In this document: piece by piece, positions 30,287 through 39,413 of the stretch | Layout: each line of letters begins with the position of its first letter | Numbering within the stretch: the first letter of the stretch is position 1 | Notes under the pieces: generated by a model | Seen by the model: the letters and a program-made list of their open reading frames with translations, nothing else | Databases searched by the model: none | Told to the model about the DNA's origin: nothing | Assembly: GCA_048938855.1 (NCBI GenBank) | Contig: JBHLLT010000014.1 | Coordinates: forward strand, 18,230-82,229 | DNA from: Promethearchaeota archaeon | Lineage (GTDB): Archaea > Asgardarchaeota > Lokiarchaeia > Sigyniarchaeales > SOKP01 | Direction: 5' to 3' | Length of the DNA stretch: 64,000 nt | Translations under genes and position numbers: made by a program

Positions 30287-31069
30287 ATGAAAATAGAATT
30301 ATTTGAAGAGATTCTTGATAATTTAAGGAATTATATCACTTCTGAATCCCAAAAAGGGAAGAACGTTTTCATTTATCAAAAAAATCTGGTTCCACTCAAA
30401 TTATTTGAAAAATTGAACATTAAAGTTGAACTTGATGAACATAAAGATATAGTTCTTCAAGAAGAAACTAAGCTTGAACTAGGTGGTATTAATAAAAAGT
30501 CATTCTCGTTAGTTTATCCATTCTCTAATCCAAATTTTATAACTCATATAAATAACGGAAAAATTACTTTAATTGGACAAAAAATCAAGGATATAACAGA
30601 TTTTTCTGTCGATTTTGGTATGATAATCCTAATTGGGGGAACATTTATTAATGGAAAGGATTGGGATTCTTTAAGGCAATTTAACCTTATATCTAATGGA
30701 ATAGAGGGTTTTTTAATCAAAACAATTCCTCGGAAATTCTGGTGTCGAATTAGTGAGAACGTAATAGAGAATTTTACATTTGAATTTTTGGGGAATGCTA
30801 TTTTTTATTTATATCAACAAAAATTTAAGGAGTTAATTGAATCAATTGAAATATTTTTTGTTAACACTTTTCCAAGTGTAATTGATAACTTTATTGAAAT
30901 TACTTCTAATATTAATACTTTTATAAATGAAAAATGGTTAAGGAAAATAGAAAACTGGAAAAAAAGAATTGATTGTGAATATGATTGGGGATGTGAAATA
31001 TGTCCTTATCAAAAAGAATGTTATGATATTAAGCAAATATTAGTTGAGAGAGAAAAAATTGAGAAATAG
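30287..31069 (+). CDS. Short protein resembling an acetyl-CoA synthase (AcsB/CdhC) domain, with C-terminal Cys cluster
   Basis: ET.LELGG...SF..V, ITLIG..I, EGF....P...W.RIS motifs; C-terminal C..CEICPYQKEC; adjacent to cooC. Confidence 0.6.
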   Translation: MKIELFEEILDNLRNYITSESQKGKNVFIYQKNLVPLKLFEKLNIKVELDEHKDIVLQEETKLELGGINKKSFSLVYPFSNPNFITHINNGKITLIGQKIKDITDFSVDFGMIILIGGTFINGKDWDSLRQFNLISNGIEGFLIKTIPRKFWCRISENVIENFTFEFLGNAIFYLYQQKFKELIESIEIFFVNTFPSVIDNFIEITSNINTFINEKWLRKIENWKKRIDCEYDWGCEICPYQKECYDIKQILVEREKIEK

Positions 31070-31075
31070 TTCATT

Positions 31076-31864
31076 ATGAACGAAAAAAAGAATAGCATAA
31101 AGCCATTAACTATTTCCGTTGTTGGAAAGGGTGGTTCTGGTAAAACTATTATTACAACCCTTTTAGCAAAAGCAATATCTAAAAATTATAAAAAGAAATT
31201 GTTATTAATTGATGCAGACCCGACCCACCCTCATCTAAGTCATATGGTAAATTTAATTCCTGAAAAAAGTCTTGAACAATTAAGAACTGAAGTTATAGAT
31301 GAAATTCTAACAAAAGCCACTGATTTCAAGGAAGTAGCCGAAAATATTGATTTTGAAGTGTATAATGCTATAGCGGAGAGTAAAGATTTTAGTCTTTTCT
31401 CAATTGGTCAACCTGAGGGGCCAGGATGTTTCTGTCCTTCAAATACTCTCTTACGAAAGGTTATAGGATCGATTTCAAAAGATTTTGATATAGTTTTAAT
31501 CGATTGTGAAGCAGGACTTGAACAAATTAATCGAATGGTGATAGAATCAGTAGATCTTATATTGATTGTTTCAGATATATCAATACGGAGTATTGAAACT
31601 GCTGCTACTATACGTGAAAGTGCAAAAAAATTCACGAATTATAAGAAATTGGTTCTCATTCTCAACCGTGTTAAGGGAAATACAAGTCAAATTAAAAAAA
31701 AATTGAAAGATCTTAATATAAATCTATTAGGAGAGATTCCTGAAGATAATATAATAACTGAATTTGAATTAAAAGGTAGACCAATAATAGAAATACCTGA
31801 ACAGTCAAAAAGTTTTGCCGTTTTAAATAAATTGGTTGATAATATTTTAGAATTAGTATTCTAA
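31076..31864 (+). CDS. cooC: CooC/AcsF-like nickel-insertion ATPase
   Basis: GKGGSGKT, IDADP, GPGCFCP (CxC) and DCEAGLEQ motifs. Confidence 0.88.
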   Translation: MNEKKNSIKPLTISVVGKGGSGKTIITTLLAKAISKNYKKKLLLIDADPTHPHLSHMVNLIPEKSLEQLRTEVIDEILTKATDFKEVAENIDFEVYNAIAESKDFSLFSIGQPEGPGCFCPSNTLLRKVIGSISKDFDIVLIDCEAGLEQINRMVIESVDLILIVSDISIRSIETAATIRESAKKFTNYKKLVLILNRVKGNTSQIKKKLKDLNINLLGEIPEDNIITEFELKGRPIIEIPEQSKSFAVLNKLVDNILELVF

Positions 31865-31891
31865 TAATAAGAAATTTCTTGATTGTAGAAT

Positions 31892-32677
31892 TTAGGATTG
31901 TTCTGAAAGAAAATTTATTACTAATTCATTAAATTCCTCTGGTTTTTCCATTGCAACCGCATGTCTAGCATCTTTTATTTCAATAAACTTTGCATTTTGG
32001 AGTAATTCGGCGTATTCTTCTTTTACAGAAGAAGGAGCATAATCTTCATCTGATCCTATTATCAAAGTCGGGCATTTAATTTTATCAATTTGATCTCGAA
32101 TAGTCCAGCCAATTAATGCTCGCATGGCAGAAAGATACGCCCTTTTATCATTTTCTGCCCACCTTTCAACTAACTTACTTCGTAATTCCTCTTGTTCTGG
32201 CTTTATAAACAACCTGGGAGCAAGGACCTCCCCCATCTTTTTCATTCCTACTAATTTTACTATAAATGAACGTTTAAAAGCTTCTAATTTAAGTTTAAAT
32301 GAATCTACTGGCATCTCTATGCCTGCATTAACAATTATCAAGCTTTTTACAAAATCAGGATAGTCTACAGCAAATTGAAAGGCAATACCTCCTCCCAAAG
32401 AGATTCCTAAAACATGTATTGAATTTATTCCTAATTTTTTAAGTAATTCTGCGATATCTTCCGCAAAAATCTGCATACTGTAAGAGCCTTTAGGTTTATC
32501 TGTTTTCCCATGACCTCTAAGATCGATTGTAATAACTTGATATTTTTTAGAAAAGGTTGGTACCTGAAATTCCCAATCACGGGTACTTGATCCCAAACCA
32601 TGAATTAACAATAAGGGTTCACCTTCTCCAGTCAACTCATAATACATATCAATACCATTAACTTTTTCCTTTGGCAT
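31892..32677 (-). CDS. Alpha/beta hydrolase (enol-lactonase-like)
   Basis: HGLGS, DLRGHG and GISLGG nucleophile elbow; Asp/His triad residues. Confidence 0.92.
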   Translation of the reverse strand: MPKEKVNGIDMYYELTGEGEPLLLIHGLGSSTRDWEFQVPTFSKKYQVITIDLRGHGKTDKPKGSYSMQIFAEDIAELLKKLGINSIHVLGISLGGGIAFQFAVDYPDFVKSLIIVNAGIEMPVDSFKLKLEAFKRSFIVKLVGMKKMGEVLAPRLFIKPEQEELRSKLVERWAENDKRAYLSAMRALIGWTIRDQIDKIKCPTLIIGSDEDYAPSSVKEEYAELLQNAKFIEIKDARHAVAMEKPEEFNELVINFLSEQS

Positions 32678-32729
32678 GAAAAATTCACTTTTTTTATTTA
32701 ATATTGAATCAACTGCATAATTTTTAAAA

Positions 32730-32761
32730 TGATCGAAAACTGCCCCTTAAAGCTTTAAATT
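32730..32761 (+). promoter_or_regulatory. Degenerate copy 1 of repeated operator+TATA motif
   Basis: TGATC-GAAAACT-GCCCC-TTAAAGCTTTAAAT upstream of 32885. Confidence 0.45.
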
Positions 32762-32884
32762 TATCTCCAATAATGACATTAATTATTTTGACAGATGTAT
32801 TTCGATTAATAATTATTATATATAGATAGGAAAAATAGAATAAACATACATCCAAGAATTATTAATTAATATTGGTGTTATAAG

Positions 32885-33394
32885 TTGAATTTTTTCAATA
32901 GAAATGTTAAAGTTTTGCCGATATTTGGGGGTTTTTTATCAATAATATCTATATTAATGCCAACAGAATTCCATACAGAAGTCGGAAATACATATTTTGT
33001 ATGGATAAACCAATTATACCTTGAACTTGAACCAAATCCTTTTGTCATTGGGCTTTTGAGAGTTGATCTTACTCTAGTCATTTTTTCTATTGCTTTTGGA
33101 TTAATAATAGTTTCGAGTTCTATAGCGATTATTACAACAACTTTGTTGTATCAAAGATTTTCAAAATTTCTTATAGAAAATAGAGGACTTTGGCTGACTA
33201 TAGCATCTTTAATCGCATTATCCACTTTAGCTTGGATTATAATGATGGAAATCTTTTATAATATTAGTGGATTTAACCATTGGGTTACTTTTGGAGGCGG
33301 ATATATTCCACATTTCGGAGTAATAGGACCTTTTATTGGATCTGGATTTATTATGCTAGGAATTTTATTGGATAGGGATAATAAAAATAAATAA
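32885..33394 (+). CDS. 4-TM membrane protein, paralog A
   Basis: Four hydrophobic helices; FGVIGPFIG in TM4 matches the neighbouring paralog. Confidence 0.75.
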   Translation: MNFFNRNVKVLPIFGGFLSIISILMPTEFHTEVGNTYFVWINQLYLELEPNPFVIGLLRVDLTLVIFSIAFGLIIVSSSIAIITTTLLYQRFSKFLIENRGLWLTIASLIALSTLAWIIMMEIFYNISGFNHWVTFGGGYIPHFGVIGPFIGSGFIMLGILLDRDNKNK

Positions 33395-33425
33395 ATTCCC
33401 TAATTTTTTTTTTTAATTTTTAGAC

Positions 33426-33457
33426 TGTTCTAAAAGTGTACCATAAAACTTTAAATA
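33426..33457 (+). promoter_or_regulatory. Copy 2 of repeated operator+TATA motif
   Basis: TGTTC-TAAAAGT-GTACC-ATAAAACTTTAAATA. Confidence 0.7.
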
Positions 33458-33490
33458 TAGTTTAAGAATATTAGCGTAAGGCTCGAAAAA

Positions 33491-34033
33491 TTGCGTAATA
33501 ATCCAATGGCTGAAATAAAAAACTTAGTTTGGTTATTACCCCTTGCTGGTGGACTAATAATTATAATTTCCTTTCTAACTCCAGCAGCTACTTTTGCATA
33601 TCAAGAATCTTCCTTTTATTCTGAATTTTATCGTTGGATGTTAGATTTTTATATTGCTTATGATTATACGGATGGAATTCTTACAACCATTAGATTTGGA
33701 TTGAACACTAGTATTACAGGTTTTATTTCCTATATAATTTCATTTTTAATTATTGGATTAACCATTTTTTTTCTAATAAGTGTTATTAGATATAAGAAGA
33801 GAGGTCTACTCCCTAAAATTAATTGGTTGGGCTTTCCAATATTAATAATGGTATTAACAATAGCCTGGATGGTCATGAAAGAGGTATCAACGATATTATC
33901 TTATAATCATAGTTTTTGGGGTCTCTTAAGTCCAGGATTTGGGATTATCGGACTATTCTTGGGTGTTGGCTTACAGATAGCAGGATATATATTCTTAAAA
34001 AAAATTCAAGAGGAGAATAAAATTTTCCTATAA
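33491..34033 (+). CDS. 4-TM membrane protein, paralog B
   Basis: LP..GG...IS.L.P, AW....E and PGFGIIGLFLG match the protein at 32885. Confidence 0.75.
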   Translation: MRNNPMAEIKNLVWLLPLAGGLIIIISFLTPAATFAYQESSFYSEFYRWMLDFYIAYDYTDGILTTIRFGLNTSITGFISYIISFLIIGLTIFFLISVIRYKKRGLLPKINWLGFPILIMVLTIAWMVMKEVSTILSYNHSFWGLLSPGFGIIGLFLGVGLQIAGYIFLKKIQEENKIFL

Positions 34034-34035
34034 AT

Positions 34036-34067
34036 TGTTCCATAAGTGGACCTTAAACCTTTATATA
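34036..34067 (+). promoter_or_regulatory. Copy 3 of repeated operator+TATA motif
   Basis: TGTTC-CATAAGT-GGACC-TTAAACCTTTATATA. Confidence 0.75.
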
Positions 34068-34114
34068 TTTTCTTAATAGGTTTGATATATTTAACTATAA
34101 AATGAAAATTTTAA

Positions 34115-35725
34115 TTGATTCTAATGAATTTTTTTAAAGTAAAATTTGTAAAATATTTTTTTCTTTTATCTTTAATTATTAATCTATTATTCCTAGCCGG
34201 ATTGCTTAATTCAGTAATTTCAATAAAAGATTATGCTAAACCATATATTTATTGTTCCTATTTCGGGGGATCAGAAAAAGATATTATTACAGGTATGGAC
34301 ATTGATTCAGCTGGTAATGTAATTGTGGTAGGAGGAACTTTTTCCACAGACCTTGCCGTTTTTAATGGATTCCAAGAAGAATATGGAGGGGGTTCAAGTG
34401 ATAGTATTCATGAGAATGGAGGAGATGGATTTGTAGCGAAATTTTCTCATTCTGGAGACTTAATTTGGGGAACTTATTTGGGCGGAAATGATTTAGATTG
34501 CTGTAATAATGTGATAGTTGATTATGAGGATAATATTTTAGTTATAGGTAAAACAAGATCAAGAAATTTCCCCACAACAGACAATGCTATTAAAAAAAAT
34601 TTCAGCGGTGCTACTGATGGTTTCATTTCAAAATTCTCGACTAATGGATCATTAGTTTACTCAACTTATTTAGGGGAAGATGGTGCTGAAAATTTAGCAG
34701 ATCTCATTGAAGATAAATATGGTAATATTTTTATAGCAGGAGCAACTGGATCATCAAATTTCACAACCACTTTTAATGCTCCTCAGCAAATATTCGGTGG
34801 TGTTTCTGATACTATTATTCTAGAATTGTCACATAACTGTTCGGATATCCTTTTTAGTACATTTTTAGGTGGTAGTGAAGGAGATGGTGGATATAATATT
34901 GCATTAGATTATGAAAGTAACATAATATTAACAGGTTATACTGTGAGTGATGATTTTCCCTTAAAAAATGCCTTACAGGATGAAATTTTAGGTGGTCAGA
35001 GAGACATTTATGTTACCAAGTTTAATTCTACAGGTCAAATTATATTTTCAACATATCTCGGAGGTAGTTCAATTGAAGATCCCTTTGGATTGGCGGTTAA
35101 TGCCTCTGGAAATATTATCATATCCGGCAGAACTGGATCTCATGATTATCCCACGGTAAAAGGTTTACAAAATAATTATGCTGGTGGAGTAGATGCATTT
35201 ATTTCTATTATAAGTCCTGATGGTCAGACTCTTGAATATTCCACTTTTCTCGGAGGAACTAGTTGGGACACATTACATCAAGTAGCAGTTAATTCTTCAA
35301 ATTCTATATTTGCATGTGGAATCGGAAATGGATTTCCTACAAAAAATGCATTTCAAGAAAATGTAGCTGGTGAAGCAGATATAGTTATAATGCAATTTTC
35401 TCTTGAAAAACAGGTGGAATTCAGCACTTATTTCGGAGGAACTGGAGAAGAATGTCCATATTCTATGAATTATTATAATAATTGTTTATACATCGTTGGG
35501 TTTACTGATTCAGAATCGTTGTTTATGAGCAATAACGCCTTTCAGGATAATTATAGCGGAAAAACTGACGGATTTTTTCTAAAAATAGACATACAATCGT
35601 ATTTATCTTCTGTAGAATCATCTCAAATCTTCAACCTAGGACTAGTCCTGACTGTAGTGATTCCAATTTTTCTAGGTGTAGTGATTGGAGGAATTCTTAT
35701 TCTCCTTAAATACAGAAGTAATTAA
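34115..35725 (+). CDS. SBBP-repeat beta-propeller surface protein with N-terminal signal/TM and C-terminal TM
   Basis: About 7 repeats of STYLGG..D......D..GNI.I.G.T.S.DFP. Confidence 0.9.
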   Translation: MILMNFFKVKFVKYFFLLSLIINLLFLAGLLNSVISIKDYAKPYIYCSYFGGSEKDIITGMDIDSAGNVIVVGGTFSTDLAVFNGFQEEYGGGSSDSIHENGGDGFVAKFSHSGDLIWGTYLGGNDLDCCNNVIVDYEDNILVIGKTRSRNFPTTDNAIKKNFSGATDGFISKFSTNGSLVYSTYLGEDGAENLADLIEDKYGNIFIAGATGSSNFTTTFNAPQQIFGGVSDTIILELSHNCSDILFSTFLGGSEGDGGYNIALDYESNIILTGYTVSDDFPLKNALQDEILGGQRDIYVTKFNSTGQIIFSTYLGGSSIEDPFGLAVNASGNIIISGRTGSHDYPTVKGLQNNYAGGVDAFISIISPDGQTLEYSTFLGGTSWDTLHQVAVNSSNSIFACGIGNGFPTKNAFQENVAGEADIVIMQFSLEKQVEFSTYFGGTGEECPYSMNYYNNCLYIVGFTDSESLFMSNNAFQDNYSGKTDGFFLKIDIQSYLSSVESSQIFNLGLVLTVVIPIFLGVVIGGILILLKYRSN

Positions 35726-35793
35726 ATAAAATTTAGAAATTCCTAAATTTTTTTTTTGGATTTTTTTTCTTATTCTTTCACATTTCATAAAAT

Positions 35794-35825
35794 TGTTCTA
35801 TAAGAGGACCTTAAACCTTTAAAAA
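35794..35825 (+). promoter_or_regulatory. Copy 4 of repeated operator+TATA motif
   Basis: TGTTC-TATAAGA-GGACC-TTAAACCTTTAAAAA. Confidence 0.75.
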
Positions 35826-35877
35826 TAGAATTTTCTAATTTACAACAAGATTATTTAAAACTATAAAATGATTAAGT

Positions 35878-36465
35878 ATGAAATTAAATAGTGAAATGTT
35901 AAAAGTAAAAATGAATTCAATTTCTACAAGTATTTCTTCATTTCTGATACCACTGATTCAATATGTCCCTTGCACAGGAGTGTGGTTTGGAATAATGAGT
36001 GTACCATTGATTGCTTATCTATTCTTATATTTTCAAAATCCAGGAATATTGATTTCTGATCTTAATTTTATGTTTGGAACTTTTGAAATTTCTATTGTAT
36101 TATTTGGACTTACATTATTTATTTATTCTCTAGCACACCAATTAAGCCATAGAAAACAGCTGATACGAACAGGACCATATAAATACGTAAGACATCCTCA
36201 ATATCTTGCCTTCATTATTATGACTTTTGGTATGACTTTAATAGCTTTTCAGACATCGCCTATTTTTAATTTTAATTTAGGTAATCTCAATGTGTATACA
36301 GTATTACTAGTTATATGGATTGCGGAAGTACTTGCGTATATTATTTTAGCGAAGATTGAAGAATATGCCCTAAAAGTTAAATACGGAGATAAATACTTGG
36401 ATTATATTAATAATGTATCTTTTATGATACCCTTCTTAAAATTTAAAAGAAATCAAAAAGAATAA
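35878..36465 (+). CDS. Isoprenylcysteine carboxyl methyltransferase / PEMT family membrane protein
   Basis: LIRTGPYKYVRHPQY and EE..L...YG..Y..Y motifs. Confidence 0.85.
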   Translation: MKLNSEMLKVKMNSISTSISSFLIPLIQYVPCTGVWFGIMSVPLIAYLFLYFQNPGILISDLNFMFGTFEISIVLFGLTLFIYSLAHQLSHRKQLIRTGPYKYVRHPQYLAFIIMTFGMTLIAFQTSPIFNFNLGNLNVYTVLLVIWIAEVLAYIILAKIEEYALKVKYGDKYLDYINNVSFMIPFLKFKRNQKE

Positions 36466-36473
36466 TTAGTGGT

Positions 36474-37193
36474 ATGAAAGATAAGGTATTTAATCGTTAT
36501 GAAATAATGAAATTTGGGATACTAACATTATCTCTTATTTTATTATCAATTATTTTATTTTTACTCATTCTCGCATATAAAGCGGTTTTTGCACCTGAAA
36601 TAATTATCAATCTATCAATTATCATAATCTCCATTTTGATAGCAGCAGTTTTATCGGTGTCTATTTTTGAAGTGCTTACTATAAAAGAATACAAGGGGTA
36701 TTTTATTAAAAGAATACACATTAGAAGAGGAAAATCATATTTAACTATTGCTGATATATTCGAAAATGAACATCGTGTAGATATACTAACTCAAATCCTC
36801 AATAATCCAGGCATACACCAAAATGAATTACGGAGAAGCTGTAATTTGCAAAAAGGGCAAATTCAATGGCATTTAGACGTTTTATTAAGGAATAATATTA
36901 TAAAAAAGGAAAAACATGGACAATATACAATTTATTTCCCAATTACTACATCAATTGAGGCGATTAAGAACTTTAAAAATCTTCCAATGAAATCGGAAAC
37001 TACGTCAAAAATTTTAGAAATAATTCAAACTAATCCTGGAATTACTTCATCTGAAATTGCAAAAAAGATGAACTTAGCTCGAAATACGGTAAAATATCAT
37101 ATAGATAAATTATTAGAGAATACTTTGATATCTTTTAAGGAAAAAGGTCGAAAGATAGAACTTTATTCAAATTTAGAGCCTTTTGATAATTAA
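36474..37193 (+). CDS. Membrane-anchored double winged-helix transcription regulator
   Basis: Two N-terminal TM helices, then two wHTH repeats (NPGIH.NEL...Q.QWHL..L; NPGI...EIA..MNL...TV.YHI.KL). Confidence 0.85.
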   Translation: MKDKVFNRYEIMKFGILTLSLILLSIILFLLILAYKAVFAPEIIINLSIIIISILIAAVLSVSIFEVLTIKEYKGYFIKRIHIRRGKSYLTIADIFENEHRVDILTQILNNPGIHQNELRRSCNLQKGQIQWHLDVLLRNNIIKKEKHGQYTIYFPITTSIEAIKNFKNLPMKSETTSKILEIIQTNPGITSSEIAKKMNLARNTVKYHIDKLLENTLISFKEKGRKIELYSNLEPFDN

Positions 37194-37283
37194 AAACTGA
37201 GTAAAATGTAATCTAAAACATTGTTTTCGCATCATAGGTTTTATCATTAATTTTTCCTTTTCTAAATTATATGAATATGAAGG

Positions 37284-38165
37284 TTAACTAGAAAGCAATT
37301 TTGGAAACTTAATCTGTTTCGCTAATTCTATTTGAATTATCTCGTCTAGTAATTCTTCTCTCTCACGACCAGAAAGAACTTCTAATTTCCTGATGTTTAA
37401 TGGATCAACTTTTTCTCTTAGTAATTTAAGTTCTTTCTCAGTAGGAGGTTCGGTTGTAGCAAGATTATCAGGTATGATAAGGTCAAATCCGGTTGAATCC
37501 TTTACCATATCAATATCAATTCCGGGATGGATCGAAGAAAGTCTCATTCGTTTAGTCTTTTCTTCAAAATCTAAATAACCAAGATTGCTTACCACACATT
37601 GAGGTCCTGAACCGCCACACACAGAAGGATTCCCATCTGGAAAACCTACACCTGATATGAAAAATAAATCTTTTGTTGGCACAAATGTCCTTTTATCATG
37701 TCTTGGAGTATAAAGAAAGGACCCACGTGCATAAAACATGCTGAAGTCAAGGATACCTGCTGCACCGGGCAATCTTATTTTAGGTTTTTCCCAATCTCCT
37801 ATACAAATGTTATTTGTATTTCCATATTGATCGATCTGAGCTGGTCTAAAGAATTCAATTGTAGTAAGCTTTTCAGAAGGAAGAGACTCTAACGTGCATT
37901 CTACACTATCTTGGAATCGATATGCTCGAGCAGTATTCATTTCAAGATATAATAATGAAACTTGGCGAGCTTCCATAACGAAAGTATTCCCCATAATATA
38001 ATGATATATCGCATCGGGAGCATAAGTTAACTTTGCCAATGTAAATGCTGCCCACACCATGGGGGTTGCTACACCAACGATCATTACATCATCATTTCTA
38101 ACTTCCCTTGCCATTAAAACAGTCATTATTTCATCTACTGTATAATTATTTGAATATTCACTCAT
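37284..38165 (-). CDS. Family I CoA-transferase beta subunit (GctB-like)
   Basis: AQIDQYGNTN, RLPGAAG, H.KRTFV and HPG...V...TGF motifs. Confidence 0.88.
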   Translation of the reverse strand: MSEYSNNYTVDEIMTVLMAREVRNDDVMIVGVATPMVWAAFTLAKLTYAPDAIYHYIMGNTFVMEARQVSLLYLEMNTARAYRFQDSVECTLESLPSEKLTTIEFFRPAQIDQYGNTNNICIGDWEKPKIRLPGAAGILDFSMFYARGSFLYTPRHDKRTFVPTKDLFFISGVGFPDGNPSVCGGSGPQCVVSNLGYLDFEEKTKRMRLSSIHPGIDIDMVKDSTGFDLIIPDNLATTEPPTEKELKLLREKVDPLNIRKLEVLSGREREELLDEIIQIELAKQIKFPKLLSS

Positions 38166-38177
38166 TATCGTTCCCTC

Positions 38178-39038
38178 CTATAATAGAATATTTAAAATTG
38201 TTTGAATTCCACCCGTTTCTTCTAAATATTGAGTAGGCGTCTTTTCTAATATGAATTTTTTCTTGTATACTTCAAAATCAGTTTTTAAATAACATTGAAT
38301 ATGTAGTGGATCGAATGTGTATATAGGATAACATGAAGTAGGATGAGCACCAAAAGGCATTTTGATAACAGCTGTAGTGGTTTGGACAGGTAATTGTGCT
38401 TTTCCTGGCAAATGACGGATATCCTCTGTTTCTACCAATTTTTCACATATAATAATTGTTTCTTTTGCTGTTTTTGCCATATCTGCATCCATCCATACTG
38501 CTCCAGGAATATTACCATTGCCAAATTCGTCAGCATAAGGAATATGTAATATTGCAACATCTAAATCAATTTTAGGTAGTGCCATGATCTGAGTTCCTGA
38601 ACCAAGAGGATCTTCAATTTGTTTAATATCTTTCCTGACTTTTGGCATATCTGTTCCAATAATTCCTTTCAAGGGCATAAACGGAACTTTCAAATAAGAT
38701 GCTCTTAATCCTAAGGCAATTGTGGCTTCGCTTTCCTCCGATATCTTGATTGAGCCTGATTCTACAGCCTGTCGAAAATGTGGAGCCATCCCGAAGATTT
38801 CCATTCCAACGAAACAACTTCTAACTTCAGATACACAAGCTCCTGCTATAAGCATATCGATTTCAATTCCACCTACAAAAGTACACACTGAAAGATTTTT
38901 CTTTTTTTGCCTAATTATTTCCCTGCAAGCTGCAATTGGTTTTCTCCAAAAAGAAAGTCCTCCAAATCCGACAAGATCTCCATCTTTAATGTAAGTTGAG
39001 ATAGCTTCTTCTAAGGACATTAACTTACTAGACCGTAT
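38178..39038 (-). CDS. Family I CoA-transferase alpha subunit (GctA-like)
   Basis: SLEEAI..IKDGD..GG, DMLIAG, DVAILH..AD..GN and PFGAHPT motifs. ORF-track start is 39020; an ATA at 39038 follows a GAGGGG SD-like site. Confidence 0.85.
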   Translation of the reverse strand: MRSSKLMSLEEAISTYIKDGDLVGFGGLSFWRKPIAACREIIRQKKKNLSVCTFVGGIEIDMLIAGACVSEVRSCFVGMEIFGMAPHFRQAVESGSIKISEESEATIALGLRASYLKVPFMPLKGIIGTDMPKVRKDIKQIEDPLGSGTQIMALPKIDLDVAILHIPYADEFGNGNIPGAVWMDADMAKTAKETIIICEKLVETEDIRHLPGKAQLPVQTTTAVIKMPFGAHPTSCYPIYTFDPLHIQCYLKTDFEVYKKKFILEKTPTQYLEETGGIQTILNILL

Positions 39039-39413
39039 TTATCTTCCCCTCATTTTATCCAATTTCTATTAATTAACATTAAAATGATATTAGAATGAAT
39101 TTTTATTAAATTAAAAATACTCCTATTGATGAGTTTTTTTCAAGAAATCCAATATAACTCTATTTTAAGATTAATATTTGCTCAAATTTCAAGAAAATAT
39201 TAACTTTCTTTTGAATTTCTTTAGAAAATGGTAAATTTTATTCTAGATGTTGACATTTCCAATGAACTTAAGGCTTTCAAGAATAAGAATAGGTTTCAAA
39301 ATCTCATAATAGAGCCCAGATCTCATAATAAAGTTATAATAATATTATTTTTGAGAGAATTGGAAATTGAATTACCTAAATTTAATTCAAAATTTATTGA
39401 TCAAAAACTATAT

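Noticed and set aside
32730-35825. Repeated 32-bp motif as CRISPR repeat or MITE
   Set aside because: Copies are separated by whole genes and always sit at promoter position in one orientation, which fits a regulatory site.
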